From IMG/VR virus record IMGVR_UViG_3300023174_004605, positions 1 through 64,000 of that record: 64,000 nucleotides of DNA. The stretch is one strand, 5' to 3'. Under the pieces are notes generated by a model. The model saw only the letters and a list, made by a program, of their open reading frames with translations. It did not search any database and was not told the origin of the DNA. Shown here one piece after another: positions 46,883-56,418 of this stretch; positions within the stretch are counted from its first letter, which is position 1; every line of letters starts with the position of its first letter. The position numbers and the translations under genes are program-made. Source of the DNA: a virus.

Positions 46883-47049
46883 GAGTGGCCAGTGTGATGG
46901 CGCCAGGAAACATCCGGTATGTGGGCTGGTTGCCATGTATCAAGTGGTGTGATCAACACTGTGAAGGCGCCTGGCGCTTTGTCAGCGAAGGTGTGTTTGA
47001 GTTTGCTTTGGATTCGGACTACACCATGTTTATGTTGAAGTGGGCATGA
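46879..47049 (+). CDS. Small protein (56 aa), FxLxW-tail paralog family
   Basis: Read by hand: ...KWCDQHCEGAWRF...FEFALDSDYTMFMLKWA. Confidence 0.6.
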   Translation: MRVASVMAPGNIRYVGWLPCIKWCDQHCEGAWRFVSEGVFEFALDSDYTMFMLKWA

Positions 47050-47258
47050 TCAGGATCTTGGTTCAAAACGCACAACAGGCTTTAGAGCTCAAGGAGCAGA
47101 TCTTGACAGCTGGATTACGACTCAATGAAGATTTTACCTGGGAATATAGACCAGATCCTTACGATGGGTGGGATGACAGCTCACATGCACATCCTGAAGT
47201 CAGATTTATATTCCGTGACCCTGCTCAAGAAACTTTTTTCCGCATGCGGTTTGAATGA
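47046..47258 (+). CDS. Small protein, FxLxW-tail paralog family
   Basis: FIFRDPAQETFFRMRFE. Confidence 0.6.
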   Translation: MIRILVQNAQQALELKEQILTAGLRLNEDFTWEYRPDPYDGWDDSSHAHPEVRFIFRDPAQETFFRMRFE

Positions 47259-47485
47259 CTCAGTTAGAAACATGGCCGCCACCTGACTGGACAGAAGTTG
47301 TGATTTCCTGGGATACCATGTTAAACAACGCTGACCGAAGCCCCAACACTATAACCAAGTGGTGCGATCATTATCCTGGTCATGGTCGTTGGCACTTGCA
47401 TGGCTGGAAGAAAACTGAAGGATTTGCGTTTCGTTTTGAAGATGCCCGAGACGCTACTACATTTAAATTGGTCTGGGATCGATGA
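47255..47485 (+). CDS. Small protein, FxLxW-tail paralog family
   Basis: KWCD..GRW...FRFEDARDATTFKLVW. Confidence 0.65.
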   Translation: MTQLETWPPPDWTEVVISWDTMLNNADRSPNTITKWCDHYPGHGRWHLHGWKKTEGFAFRFEDARDATTFKLVWDR

Positions 47486-47763
47486 ACTACTACTACGAAC
47501 TTGATGAACGCACACAAAAGGCCAACTTGGAACAGTGGCACCTGTGGTGCATGCCCAACTGCTCGCCGGCAGAAGGTGGCAGGATGTGTTTCAAGACCCA
47601 CGATGACTTCATGTCCAACAGCCGTAGAGTTTGGTTGGAAAATGCCAATGGGGTTTACTTGGTCAAACCGCACTGGGGTATATACAGGGGTCGTGTGGAT
47701 GATCGTGAGTTTATCATGATCAAACTGCGTGCCCGGACTATCAAATGGTGGGAAGATGAGTAA
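47482..47763 (+). CDS. Small hypothetical protein
   Basis: Coupled ORF; DDREFIMIKL. Confidence 0.6.
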   Translation: MNYYYELDERTQKANLEQWHLWCMPNCSPAEGGRMCFKTHDDFMSNSRRVWLENANGVYLVKPHWGIYRGRVDDREFIMIKLRARTIKWWEDE

Positions 47764-48079
47764 AGACGATATTCGAACTCGTGTGTATGAATTTGGCCAA
47801 CGCTTGGTGGACAAGGCCAAGGATGAATACTACGCCACACCCGAAGCCAGGATTGATACCATATTGGGTGAAAATCAAGATATCTACCGACGTCTAATGA
47901 AAGTCAAACAGGAATGGGATCAGCGTTGGAAGTCTGGTGTTCATGACATGAGTTTTCCGGGATACCTGCGTGAAGTTTATGGCATAGAAATGACCATACA
48001 GCCCGAAGGTGTGGATTTACGCTATAAAATATTGGATGAACAGAGGCACACCTTGTTCTTGTTGAAGTTTGGCACATGA
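47756..48079 (+). CDS. Small protein, FxLxW-like tail
   Basis: YKILDEQRHTLFLLKF. Confidence 0.6.
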   Translation: MSKDDIRTRVYEFGQRLVDKAKDEYYATPEARIDTILGENQDIYRRLMKVKQEWDQRWKSGVHDMSFPGYLREVYGIEMTIQPEGVDLRYKILDEQRHTLFLLKFGT

Positions 48080-48285
48080 TCAACTGGGCCTACATTGTCG
48101 CTAGATTGGTTGGTGCTATTGGATCATGGATCGAAGCCAGCAACTTGCGAAACCGTTGCTTCAAGATGGCCGAGGAAGCCGAAATCATGATGACAGCATT
48201 GGAAGATATAGAACGCATGAGTCAAGAACCTCGGATTAAACAGTATGCTCGCAGGGCCATTGACACCGTGAAGGGCTTGCCATGA
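48076..48285 (+). CDS. Hypothetical protein
   Basis: Coupled ORF. Confidence 0.55.
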   Translation: MINWAYIVARLVGAIGSWIEASNLRNRCFKMAEEAEIMMTALEDIERMSQEPRIKQYARRAIDTVKGLP

Positions 48286-48614
48286 AAGTAACCATCAAAC
48301 CTGGCCTGATCATATTCCATAATCCTAAGGATTGGGAACCCATACAATACCGACTTGGAATTGACCACGGAACCCGTGTGTTGATCAGTTATGTTTGCAA
48401 GCGAGAGTTGGGATTCACTGTGCGCAGACACAAGGCCTGGGTACCCTGTAGTGAAAAATACAGCGATGACGAAAATGAGTTTCTTTCCAGCATTGGTCGG
48501 GATTTGTATGGTCGTTATACCCATCAGATGGAAATACACCTGGATTTCTATGATCAAGCCCAACAAACTTGGTTTGTGCTAAAATATCTAAATAACTGCA
48601 CGGTTGACCAATAA
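48282..48614 (+). CDS. Small protein, FxLxW-like tail
   Basis: LDFYDQAQQTWFVLKY. Confidence 0.6.
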   Translation: MKVTIKPGLIIFHNPKDWEPIQYRLGIDHGTRVLISYVCKRELGFTVRRHKAWVPCSEKYSDDENEFLSSIGRDLYGRYTHQMEIHLDFYDQAQQTWFVLKYLNNCTVDQ

Positions 48615-48632
48615 ATCCGTTTTTGCTATAAT
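48604..48632 (+). promoter_or_regulatory. sigma70 promoter
   Basis: TTGACC-17nt-TATAAT. Confidence 0.7.
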
Positions 48633-48661
48633 ATTATATACAGTCAGATAATAGGAGCAGT

Positions 48662-49954
48662 ATGAGCACAGCCGCTACAAGTCAGAACAAGAAAGAAGCC
48701 GACAAGTTCAAAGACTTGATTGGACCCATGGATCCTAAACTGGATCGCGAGGTGCGTGAAAAACTGATCACAGCTCGTGTGGGATTATTGCTCCGTGCCA
48801 GTTTTTTTGGTAACTTGGCTACTCGACTCAAACTAGTCAATGCCGACGAATGGTGTGGCACAGCTGCCACAGATGGCCGAAACTTCTATTATAACAGCAG
48901 ATTCATTGACATGCTCCGACCCAAAGAGATCGAGTTCTTGTTTGGTCATGAGGTCTTGCATTGTGTGTATGATCATTTTGGTCGCAGAGGAGACCGTGAT
49001 CCCATGTTGTTCAACGTGGCCAATGACTATGCTGTCAATGGTGACTTGAAAAAACATAGAGTGGGTGAGTTTATTACGTCGGTACCTTGCCTGTACGATT
49101 CCAAGTTCGAAGGCAAGAGCAGTGAGGAAATCTATGACATCCTGTATGAAAATGCTGAAAAAATCAACCTGTCAGATCTTGTAGACAAGCTCCTAGATGA
49201 TCATCTGGATGGCGAAGGTGACAGTGATAGCGATGATGATGGTGATGAAAAGGATGGCAAGGGCAAGAAGCCCAAGCTGAGTGCCGAAGAGCGTCAAAAG
49301 ATCCGCGATGAAATCAAAGAAGCAGTGCTATCAGCAGCCGCAGCGTCGGATGGTGCTGGCAACTTGCCTGCAGGTGTCCGACGCCTGATCCAAGACATGA
49401 CTGCACCCAAGATGAACTGGCGTGAGTTGTTGCGTATGCAGTTGGAAAGTACCATCAAGAGTGACTTTACTTGGATGCGAGCCAGCCGACGTGGCTGGCA
49501 CATGGATGCAGTAATGCCAGGTATGAAGAATGACGAGCTGATCGATATTGCCATAGGCATTGATGCATCAGGGTCGATCGATGAACGCATGCTCCGAGAC
49601 TTCTTGGCAGAAACCCAGGGTATCATGGATCAGTTCCAGAGCTACAGGATCCATATCTTTACCTTTGATACTAGGGTGTATAATCCTGCACAATACAATT
49701 CAGACAATCTAGACACTATCTGCGATTATGAAGTCAAGGGCGGTGGTGGCACAGACTTTGACGCTATCTTTAACTATTTAAAAGAAGAACAGATCGAGCC
49801 CAAGCGGCTGATCGTGTTCACAGACGGTTACCCATTTGGATCCTGGGGTGATGAAAACTATGCCGACACGGTATGGATTATTCATGGTAACACGACTGTA
49901 GTTCCGCCCTGGGGTCAGTATGCTTACTATGAAAAGGAAACAGCACATGCTTGA
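48662..49954 (+). CDS. Metallopeptidase plus vWA-like protein (DUF2201-type), MoxR partner
   Basis: TAATDG, HEVLH, acidic linker, IDASGS MIDAS, GGGGTDF, VFTDGY. Confidence 0.88.
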   Translation: MSTAATSQNKKEADKFKDLIGPMDPKLDREVREKLITARVGLLLRASFFGNLATRLKLVNADEWCGTAATDGRNFYYNSRFIDMLRPKEIEFLFGHEVLHCVYDHFGRRGDRDPMLFNVANDYAVNGDLKKHRVGEFITSVPCLYDSKFEGKSSEEIYDILYENAEKINLSDLVDKLLDDHLDGEGDSDSDDDGDEKDGKGKKPKLSAEERQKIRDEIKEAVLSAAAASDGAGNLPAGVRRLIQDMTAPKMNWRELLRMQLESTIKSDFTWMRASRRGWHMDAVMPGMKNDELIDIAIGIDASGSIDERMLRDFLAETQGIMDQFQSYRIHIFTFDTRVYNPAQYNSDNLDTICDYEVKGGGGTDFDAIFNYLKEEQIEPKRLIVFTDGYPFGSWGDENYADTVWIIHGNTTVVPPWGQYAYYEKETAHA

Positions 49955-50117
49955 ACGTTTTAGACATTGGTATTTGGCCAACGCCACAGAAATCACTTGG
50001 TTTATTATCGGGGCCATGATCATGAGTGGCATGATCTTCTTTGGTCAGGAGCAGTACGTAAATGCAGTACTTTGCTGGTTTGTAGCTGCGGCCAACTACT
50101 GGTTCCGCAACAAATAA
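49947..50117 (+). CDS. Small two-TM protein
   Basis: AAGGA SD; hydrophobic. Confidence 0.55.
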   Translation: MLERFRHWYLANATEITWFIIGAMIMSGMIFFGQEQYVNAVLCWFVAAANYWFRNK

Positions 50118-50133
50118 GCCCGTCAGTTTAGCC

Positions 50134-50160
50134 AAAACACCCCACTTTGGGGTGTTTTTT
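50134..50160 (+). terminator. Intrinsic terminator
   Basis: AAAACACCCCA-CTT-TGGGGTGTTTTTT. Confidence 0.8.
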
Positions 50161-50205
50161 ACGGCAAAAATAAATCATTGGCTGTGCCTAGTCGTAAATA
50201 TCTGC

Positions 50206-50415
50206 ATGGACAACTCACAAATAACAATCGCAGATCTTGATACCATCAAGAACATTATAGACCTGGCCTGCACTCGCGGAGCCTTCCGTGGTGCAGAAAT
50301 CAGTCAGGTAGGTGCCGTTTATGACAAGCTATCAGCATTTTTAGAAGCAGTCATAACTCAGGCTCAAGAACAAGAAGCAAACAACGCTGGTAACAACGAA
50401 CCCAAAGGAGAATAA
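50206..50415 (+). CDS. Hypothetical protein
   Basis: ATG 5 nt after GTAAATA. Confidence 0.65.
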   Translation: MDNSQITIADLDTIKNIIDLACTRGAFRGAEISQVGAVYDKLSAFLEAVITQAQEQEANNAGNNEPKGE

Positions 50416-50416
50416 C

Positions 50417-51148
50417 ATGGCATTTATGAAACACGTAGGCAAACACGGAGACCGCAAGGTTTGTATCCTGTTCCGTCAGGTACCCGGTGAAGATCACATG
50501 TGTTTGTGCATTTATCCTGAAGTCATGCCAGCACATTGGCAAGACAGCGTACAGAAGGCCCTGGAAAGCGAAGTGGCACAGCAGAGTGAAGAGTTGGCCG
50601 ATGCCCTACATAGAACCTTCCTGCCCGACGGTCGTCCCGTGTTGGAAACCTTGCATCAAGAGCGCATGATCAAGAAACTACGCACTGCCGATGTGATTGT
50701 AACACCCACATCAACAGCTACCATTCGTCTTGATGAACTTAACAAAATGCTAAATGAGATGAAAACTGGCGAAGCTGCCATCAAGAAAATGGCTGAGAAT
50801 GATGCTAGCCGCGGCCTAGTTGCTCCTGAAGTCAAGCGTAAAGCTGAAGCCGAATTCAAAGCAACACAGGCAAAGAAAGATTCTGCAGTCACAGCACCTG
50901 TCTTGCGTGCTGGACAAGATGGCGCACTTTCAGATCGTGATATTGCCGCAAACATGTTGTCACAGGCCAAGGCCATGGAAGCCAATGCACGTTCTATGAT
51001 AGCTGAAGCTGGTCGCATGAAGAAGGAAGCTGAGAAATTGGATCCTACTGTGTCAGCCAAAGCCGCAGTTCCAGTCACTGAAGACGCACCTGCCGCCAAG
51101 GCACGCGGTCGTAAACCCAAGTCAGTGATGGCCGATGTTGCACAATGA
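50417..51148 (+). CDS. Hypothetical protein
   Basis: AAGGAG SD, 243 aa. Confidence 0.75.
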   Translation: MAFMKHVGKHGDRKVCILFRQVPGEDHMCLCIYPEVMPAHWQDSVQKALESEVAQQSEELADALHRTFLPDGRPVLETLHQERMIKKLRTADVIVTPTSTATIRLDELNKMLNEMKTGEAAIKKMAENDASRGLVAPEVKRKAEAEFKATQAKKDSAVTAPVLRAGQDGALSDRDIAANMLSQAKAMEANARSMIAEAGRMKKEAEKLDPTVSAKAAVPVTEDAPAAKARGRKPKSVMADVAQ

Positions 51149-51437
51149 TGAATTTTTGACACACTGGGAACGCATAGTAGCAGAAGTAAACAAGACCGAT
51201 GTTCCCTTGGAGTGTATAAAAAAGGTTGTTGTTAAACTGGCAGGCGGTCGTCAAAAGACCATAAATGTTCATACTTTATTAAAACAAGGTCTTGAATTAG
51301 AAGAAGTCGAATCCATGTTGACTAGATTCTTCAACGACAACAACGAGCAGATACGTGACGTAGACTTTGTAGTTGATGTTACCTCTGTGGCTAATCTAGT
51401 ACAACCCGAGACAGATAAATTACTAGGTAAACTGTGA
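51135..51437 (+). CDS. Hypothetical protein
   Basis: Coupled ORF. Confidence 0.65.
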   Translation: MLHNDEFLTHWERIVAEVNKTDVPLECIKKVVVKLAGGRQKTINVHTLLKQGLELEEVESMLTRFFNDNNEQIRDVDFVVDVTSVANLVQPETDKLLGKL

Positions 51438-52096
51438 AAGTAACATTGGTAAGCAGTAGTGAGCCAAGCAAGGAACTGGTAGAACAGGGCATAGTTAATG
51501 CCCAAGAACTAGTTGCTTACTGCGCTAGGGTTAGCAATCCATCTAACCAAACCAACACAGACACTAGCGAGAAGCTGATCCGCTATCTTATCAAGCACCA
51601 GCATTGGTCACCACTTGAAATGGTATCAGCTTGTTTGGAAATTGAAACCACACGCGATATTGCCAGACAGATTCTACGTCATCGTAGTTTCAGCTTCCAA
51701 GAGTTCAGCCAGCGTTATGCTGTAGCTGACTTAGGTATAGAGTACAAAGAAGCTCGACTACAAGACGTTAAGAATCGCCAGAACAGTATTGAAGTTGACA
51801 ATCCTTACTTACAAGAGTTGTGGGAAGAAAAACAGGCACAGGTTGTATCAGCTAGTAATCAAGCATACAAATGGGCACTAGATAACGGTATTGCCAAAGA
51901 GCAGGCACGTGCTGTATTACCCGAAGGTATTACCACTAGTCGCTTGTACATGCAAGGTACACTTCGCAGTTGGGTACACTATATCGAATTGCGTAGTGGG
52001 CCAGAAACGCAAAAAGAACATAGAGAAATTGCACAGGCCTGTGCTGTCGCACTTGAATCTATCTTTCCAATGGTCTCCGAATTCCTTGTAACCTAA
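51434..52096 (+). CDS. thyX: FAD-dependent thymidylate synthase
   Basis: HWSPLE, QILRHRSFSFQEFSQRY, EQARAVLP. Confidence 0.95.
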   Translation: MKVTLVSSSEPSKELVEQGIVNAQELVAYCARVSNPSNQTNTDTSEKLIRYLIKHQHWSPLEMVSACLEIETTRDIARQILRHRSFSFQEFSQRYAVADLGIEYKEARLQDVKNRQNSIEVDNPYLQELWEEKQAQVVSASNQAYKWALDNGIAKEQARAVLPEGITTSRLYMQGTLRSWVHYIELRSGPETQKEHREIAQACAVALESIFPMVSEFLVT

Positions 52097-52120
52097 TAGA
52101 CTTTCTGTTATAATAGCAGT

Positions 52121-52588
52121 ATGATATTCAATCACATTCGAAAATTAAAAGCCGAAGGCAAGACCATAGGTATTACCTTCTCGACATTTGATATGTTACA
52201 TGCCGGTCACATTGCCATGTTGGCCGAAGCCAAGAATCATTGCGATTACTTGATTGCTGGCTTACAAACAGATCCAACCATTGATCGTCCTGATACCAAG
52301 AACAAACCTGTTCAAAGTATTGTAGAACGTCAGATACAATTGGCCGCGTGTCGGTATGTAGACGAAGTAGTAGTGTATCAAACAGAACAAGACTTAATTG
52401 ACTTGCTACTAATACTTCCATTGGATATTCGTGTGCTAGGTGTTGAATACGAAAGTAAAGAATACACTGGTAAAAAAGAAGGCGCAGTTCGAGGTATTGT
52501 ACCAATTTTCAATGGGCGTGACCATTCATTCAGTAGTTCTGGATTACGTCAGCGTGTAGTCTCAGCAGAAGCACACAAAAAGAAATAA
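52121..52588 (+). CDS. Cytidylyltransferase (TagD-like); leaderless behind TTGTAA-17nt-TATAAT
   Basis: STFDMLHAGH, R.HSFSSS.LR. Confidence 0.85.
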   Translation: MIFNHIRKLKAEGKTIGITFSTFDMLHAGHIAMLAEAKNHCDYLIAGLQTDPTIDRPDTKNKPVQSIVERQIQLAACRYVDEVVVYQTEQDLIDLLLILPLDIRVLGVEYESKEYTGKKEGAVRGIVPIFNGRDHSFSSSGLRQRVVSAEAHKKK

Positions 52589-52828
52589 GTGCGAAAAATC
52601 GACTTCCACTCTTTTCGTATGGGCGATGTGGAGGATCCAGAAATCTATGCCACACAACCGTTGTATGAGTGGCAACAAACAGAACAAGGGCAGTGGGTCA
52701 TGGAGAATTGCCAAGACCCACGATATATTGTGCGACCCGATGAACAAAATTGGGGTCACAAAATCATTGTCTACGGTGAAGTAGATGATAAGTTGGCAAC
52801 AGAATACTTATTAAGGTGGGGCAAATGA
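52589..52828 (+). CDS. Small protein with a YLLRW tail
   Basis: ATEYLLRWGK. Confidence 0.6.
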   Translation: MRKIDFHSFRMGDVEDPEIYATQPLYEWQQTEQGQWVMENCQDPRYIVRPDEQNWGHKIIVYGEVDDKLATEYLLRWGK

Positions 52829-53790
52829 AAATATTAGTAACCGGCGGATTGGGTCTTATTGGACATAACATTGTGCAACGTCTTGAAGAGCAAGGACATG
52901 AAGTTTATATCACAGATATTCGAACCAACTACGGACTAGTTCCTCAGGCGGAATTAGATTACCTGCTGGCGGAACGTCGTAAAAAAATTAAAACAAGTCG
53001 CATACACGCTATTGATATCGCAGATCGCGAAGGCGTAGACTGGTTGATAAAAACATATCAACCCGATACTATCTTACACTTGGCTAGCTTTCCTAGACAA
53101 AAGGTAGTCAATGTAAATCCACAGCTTGGTAGCAAAACCATGAGTGAAGGCTTGCTTAATCTATTAGAATCTGCAAAAAATAATCAGGTGGGCAAATTTG
53201 TTTATATTAGTAGTTCAATGGTCTACGGCGACTTTGACGATGATGTCTGTGAAGATGCGGAATGTCGACCACAAGGGCAGTACGGTATTATGAAACTGGC
53301 CGGTGAATGGTTGGTTAAAGACTATGCTCGTAGGATCGGAATGAGTTACATCATTATTCGACCCAGTGCTGTGTATGGACCGTTGGATGTTGAGGATCGT
53401 GTTATTAGTAAATTCATTCTTACAGCCATGCGTGGTGGTGTTATTAAAGTAAACGGTGCAAACGAAACCTTGGACTTTACCTATGTTGACGATGCCGCCG
53501 ACGGTATTGTTGCTGCTACACTGAGTGAACATCAAAACAAAATATATAACATTACAAAGAGTCATTCTAAGACCCTACTTGAAGCAGCTAAATTAGCTGT
53601 ACAAATTGTCGGTCAAGGAACTATAGAAGTTCGCGACAAAGATGCAGACTTTCCTAGTCGCGGTGCACTGAATATCGATGCAGCACGTAGAGACTTGGGA
53701 TTTGATCCCAAGGTGGACATAGATGAAGGGTTTCAACGCTATTATGAATGGCTTAACAATTCCGTTTACTGGGCTAAAAAAACAGTATAA
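52825..53790 (+). CDS. NAD-dependent sugar epimerase/dehydratase
   Basis: TGGLGLIG, SSSMVYG, YGIMK, DFTYVDD. Confidence 0.88.
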   Translation: MKILVTGGLGLIGHNIVQRLEEQGHEVYITDIRTNYGLVPQAELDYLLAERRKKIKTSRIHAIDIADREGVDWLIKTYQPDTILHLASFPRQKVVNVNPQLGSKTMSEGLLNLLESAKNNQVGKFVYISSSMVYGDFDDDVCEDAECRPQGQYGIMKLAGEWLVKDYARRIGMSYIIIRPSAVYGPLDVEDRVISKFILTAMRGGVIKVNGANETLDFTYVDDAADGIVAATLSEHQNKIYNITKSHSKTLLEAAKLAVQIVGQGTIEVRDKDADFPSRGALNIDAARRDLGFDPKVDIDEGFQRYYEWLNNSVYWAKKTV

Positions 53791-54823
53791 CAATCTCCGC
53801 ACCGAGATACTAGATGCCACTGATGTGGTCCTAAGGTCTGGCCATCTCATGGATGGCAACTACACAGCCGAGTTCGAAAGCTGGTTGGCCAAAAAGAACG
53901 GCGTCAAATATGCGGCCACTTGTCACTCGGGCACACATGCCTTGGAGATCATTGCCGAATACTATGCGTCACAGAAATTCTGGCCCAACCCTCCCCGAGT
54001 GCTGGTTCCTGCCATGACCTATCCGGCCACTATCAATGCTTTCATGCGTGTGGGTTGGGATGTCGTTATCGTTGATACCGACTACTACGGCATCATGGAT
54101 CTGCGTAAAATTGATCGCAACATGAGTGTACAGGCCTTGGTGGCCGTGGGCTTGTATGGACATGCACTCAACAAGCATGAGTGGCTCAACAACAATGGAT
54201 CTGTGGTCATAGAAGATGCTGCACAGCACTGGTTGGGTTATGGATGCAGGCGTGTGGCCAATTCAGCCGCTATCAGCTTCGATCCCATGAAGAACTTGAA
54301 CAACTACGGCAACGGTGGTGCCATTGTGACCGACGATGTAAACTTGTTAGAGTACGCTAGAACCACACGCAACAATGGCAAACCCACACACATGGACACC
54401 GGATCAAATAGCCGTATGAGTGAAATAGATTGTGCGCAAATGTTGGTCAAGGCCAATCACATTGATGCCTGGCAGGCTCGTAGAGCCAAGATCAGTGCCT
54501 ACTGGATGCAACGACTACAAGGCACTGCGGCACGTAGTTTGATCGATGAAGGCAATCATAAGTATCATGCCTACCACAAGTTTGTGATCGAAGTGTCAAA
54601 TCGTGATATCCTACAACGTAATCTGGCCTTGCACGGCATAGAAACACGGATACACTACAGAGAACCTTTGCACGAGTTACCGGCCTATCAGCACTTGACA
54701 GGACCCGACATTCTAAGTGCGGCATCGGCCATGGCACGTAGAGTGCTGACCTTGCCCTTGTACCCTGAACTAACTGATTTAGAAGTTGAATATATCGTGG
54801 ATCAAGTGTTGGACAACATTTAA
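53744..54823 (+). CDS. DegT/DnrJ sugar aminotransferase
   Basis: SGTHAL, EDAAQ, SFDPMKNL..GNGG, NSRMSE, LPLYP. Confidence 0.9.
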   Translation: MNGLTIPFTGLKKQYNNLRTEILDATDVVLRSGHLMDGNYTAEFESWLAKKNGVKYAATCHSGTHALEIIAEYYASQKFWPNPPRVLVPAMTYPATINAFMRVGWDVVIVDTDYYGIMDLRKIDRNMSVQALVAVGLYGHALNKHEWLNNNGSVVIEDAAQHWLGYGCRRVANSAAISFDPMKNLNNYGNGGAIVTDDVNLLEYARTTRNNGKPTHMDTGSNSRMSEIDCAQMLVKANHIDAWQARRAKISAYWMQRLQGTAARSLIDEGNHKYHAYHKFVIEVSNRDILQRNLALHGIETRIHYREPLHELPAYQHLTGPDILSAASAMARRVLTLPLYPELTDLEVEYIVDQVLDNI

Positions 54824-56418
54824 TCTGCCACAAGATTCCTTTTTAACAACGCATACGAGGCTAACCAAGCCCAGTCATAACTCTTGCGTAGTTCTGCCCG
54901 GTCCCCATTGACTGCCTCGTAGTATTCCACAGCATCTTCGGCGCCCCAACGACTCCATTCCGAGTTGATCAAGGCCTCGGGTACTGGTCCAAGCCACTTG
55001 TCTAATCTATACTGACTTTCCACATCGGTTTGTCCACGCAGTTTCACACACTCACGGAATGCAGTGCGCCAGGCCATCCATGGTGTGTAGGCATAGTCAG
55101 CTGTGCCTGATAGGACGGGAACAACTTCATGAGCACTATCTAATGTAAAGTCTAGACCTTGACCTGGATTCTCTAACACCAGACGACGGTTGTATGCTAT
55201 CATAGCTTGATGTCCATACGTCAATCTGTTTATAGGGTTGAACGCATGGAAGATATAGTGCTTGGGTTCTTGTAGTCGATCAGGTTGCCAAGCCCAATCA
55301 AATTTTTCATTGACTCGGAGCTTGGCAAACACAGCAAAGAACCAGGGTGTGGTGCTCATTTCCGCTGCGGCATGATATGCGGCCACACGTCCAGTTACGC
55401 CGCGGCTGACAAACACTTGATTGTCTAAACTGGCTGTGGCCGCTGACAATGCACGCAAGTTATCTAACGCATTGGGCTCGCCATTTTCTATAAACACTAT
55501 ATCCAACAAAGGGTCCTGCCCATGGCGCCAGGTTTTGTCTATGTAGGGATAATCATATACCTGCCGACTTATGTGATTTTTTGCTTCTCTAGGCACAATC
55601 ACAACACTAGCGCCTGGTGTTAGTGGTGTCACGGTCTTGGTTTTTTCTCTCCACAAGGCCACAGTGGGCTCAAAGGCTGTGCGGCCACCGGTGCTGAACA
55701 TAACCAAAGGATCGCGAAATTCGTATTCTCGTATGGCCGCCACATGAGTGTCATGAGCATGATCGACCACGGGCATAGGCAATCTTGGCACAGAGACGTC
55801 TTCTACAAAGTGTATGGTTTCAAACCATTCCAACAATTTTATGTCTTTGGATTTTTCCAAGAACGTGGGCACATGCACGTAGAATGTGTCCCCAAACTTT
55901 TGTGTGCCACTTGCAAATACATGCAACATGTCGGCTTGCCATTCCGACGGATGCCAGGTAAAGTCAAAGTTGGTGTAATTGCACACACTACTCACTACCC
56001 ACACATATTCATGATCAACTTTAGCTAGAATTCTACGCAGGGTACCTAGATAGTCACTGATGTATCTAGTAGACAGTTCACACTCTACACTTACTCCGGT
56101 TCCATGGTCAATGCCTATGCATGGTACCGAAGATTTTCTTGGTAACACAGTATGAGTTCGATTTACATCAAATCCACCTTGTCTAGGAACCAAAAGAGTT
56201 CCGCCGTTGTCTTGATGTTGGCTAGGCCAAGCATGCGTTTGATTGGCTTCCCATGGAACCGGCTCCCAAAGAAAATCATGATCACTATAGTCAGTTAAAT
56301 AGTTCGTCCACCAAAAATATCTTGTTTTCGAAAGTTGCCGTGCCTGTTCCACAGATTCCGCTGCCTGTTCATGGGCAAATAGATTTGGTTTTGTTCCAGA
56401 ATAAAAAACGTCAAACAT
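54820..56418 (-). CDS. Conserved-looking phage protein with repeated units and a GT-A-like C-terminal domain
   Basis: Repeated DFxWxP..W....H.F units; DIVFI, AAYHAAA, AWRTAFRE. Confidence 0.65.
   Translation of the reverse strand: MFDVFYSGTKPNLFAHEQAAESVEQARQLSKTRYFWWTNYLTDYSDHDFLWEPVPWEANQTHAWPSQHQDNGGTLLVPRQGGFDVNRTHTVLPRKSSVPCIGIDHGTGVSVECELSTRYISDYLGTLRRILAKVDHEYVWVVSSVCNYTNFDFTWHPSEWQADMLHVFASGTQKFGDTFYVHVPTFLEKSKDIKLLEWFETIHFVEDVSVPRLPMPVVDHAHDTHVAAIREYEFRDPLVMFSTGGRTAFEPTVALWREKTKTVTPLTPGASVVIVPREAKNHISRQVYDYPYIDKTWRHGQDPLLDIVFIENGEPNALDNLRALSAATASLDNQVFVSRGVTGRVAAYHAAAEMSTTPWFFAVFAKLRVNEKFDWAWQPDRLQEPKHYIFHAFNPINRLTYGHQAMIAYNRRLVLENPGQGLDFTLDSAHEVVPVLSGTADYAYTPWMAWRTAFRECVKLRGQTDVESQYRLDKWLGPVPEALINSEWSRWGAEDAVEYYEAVNGDRAELRKSYDWAWLASYALLKRNLVAD

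Noticed and set aside
50656-51162. 168-aa antisense ORF
   Set aside because: Ala/Ser-rich mirror of the sense gene's codon bias.
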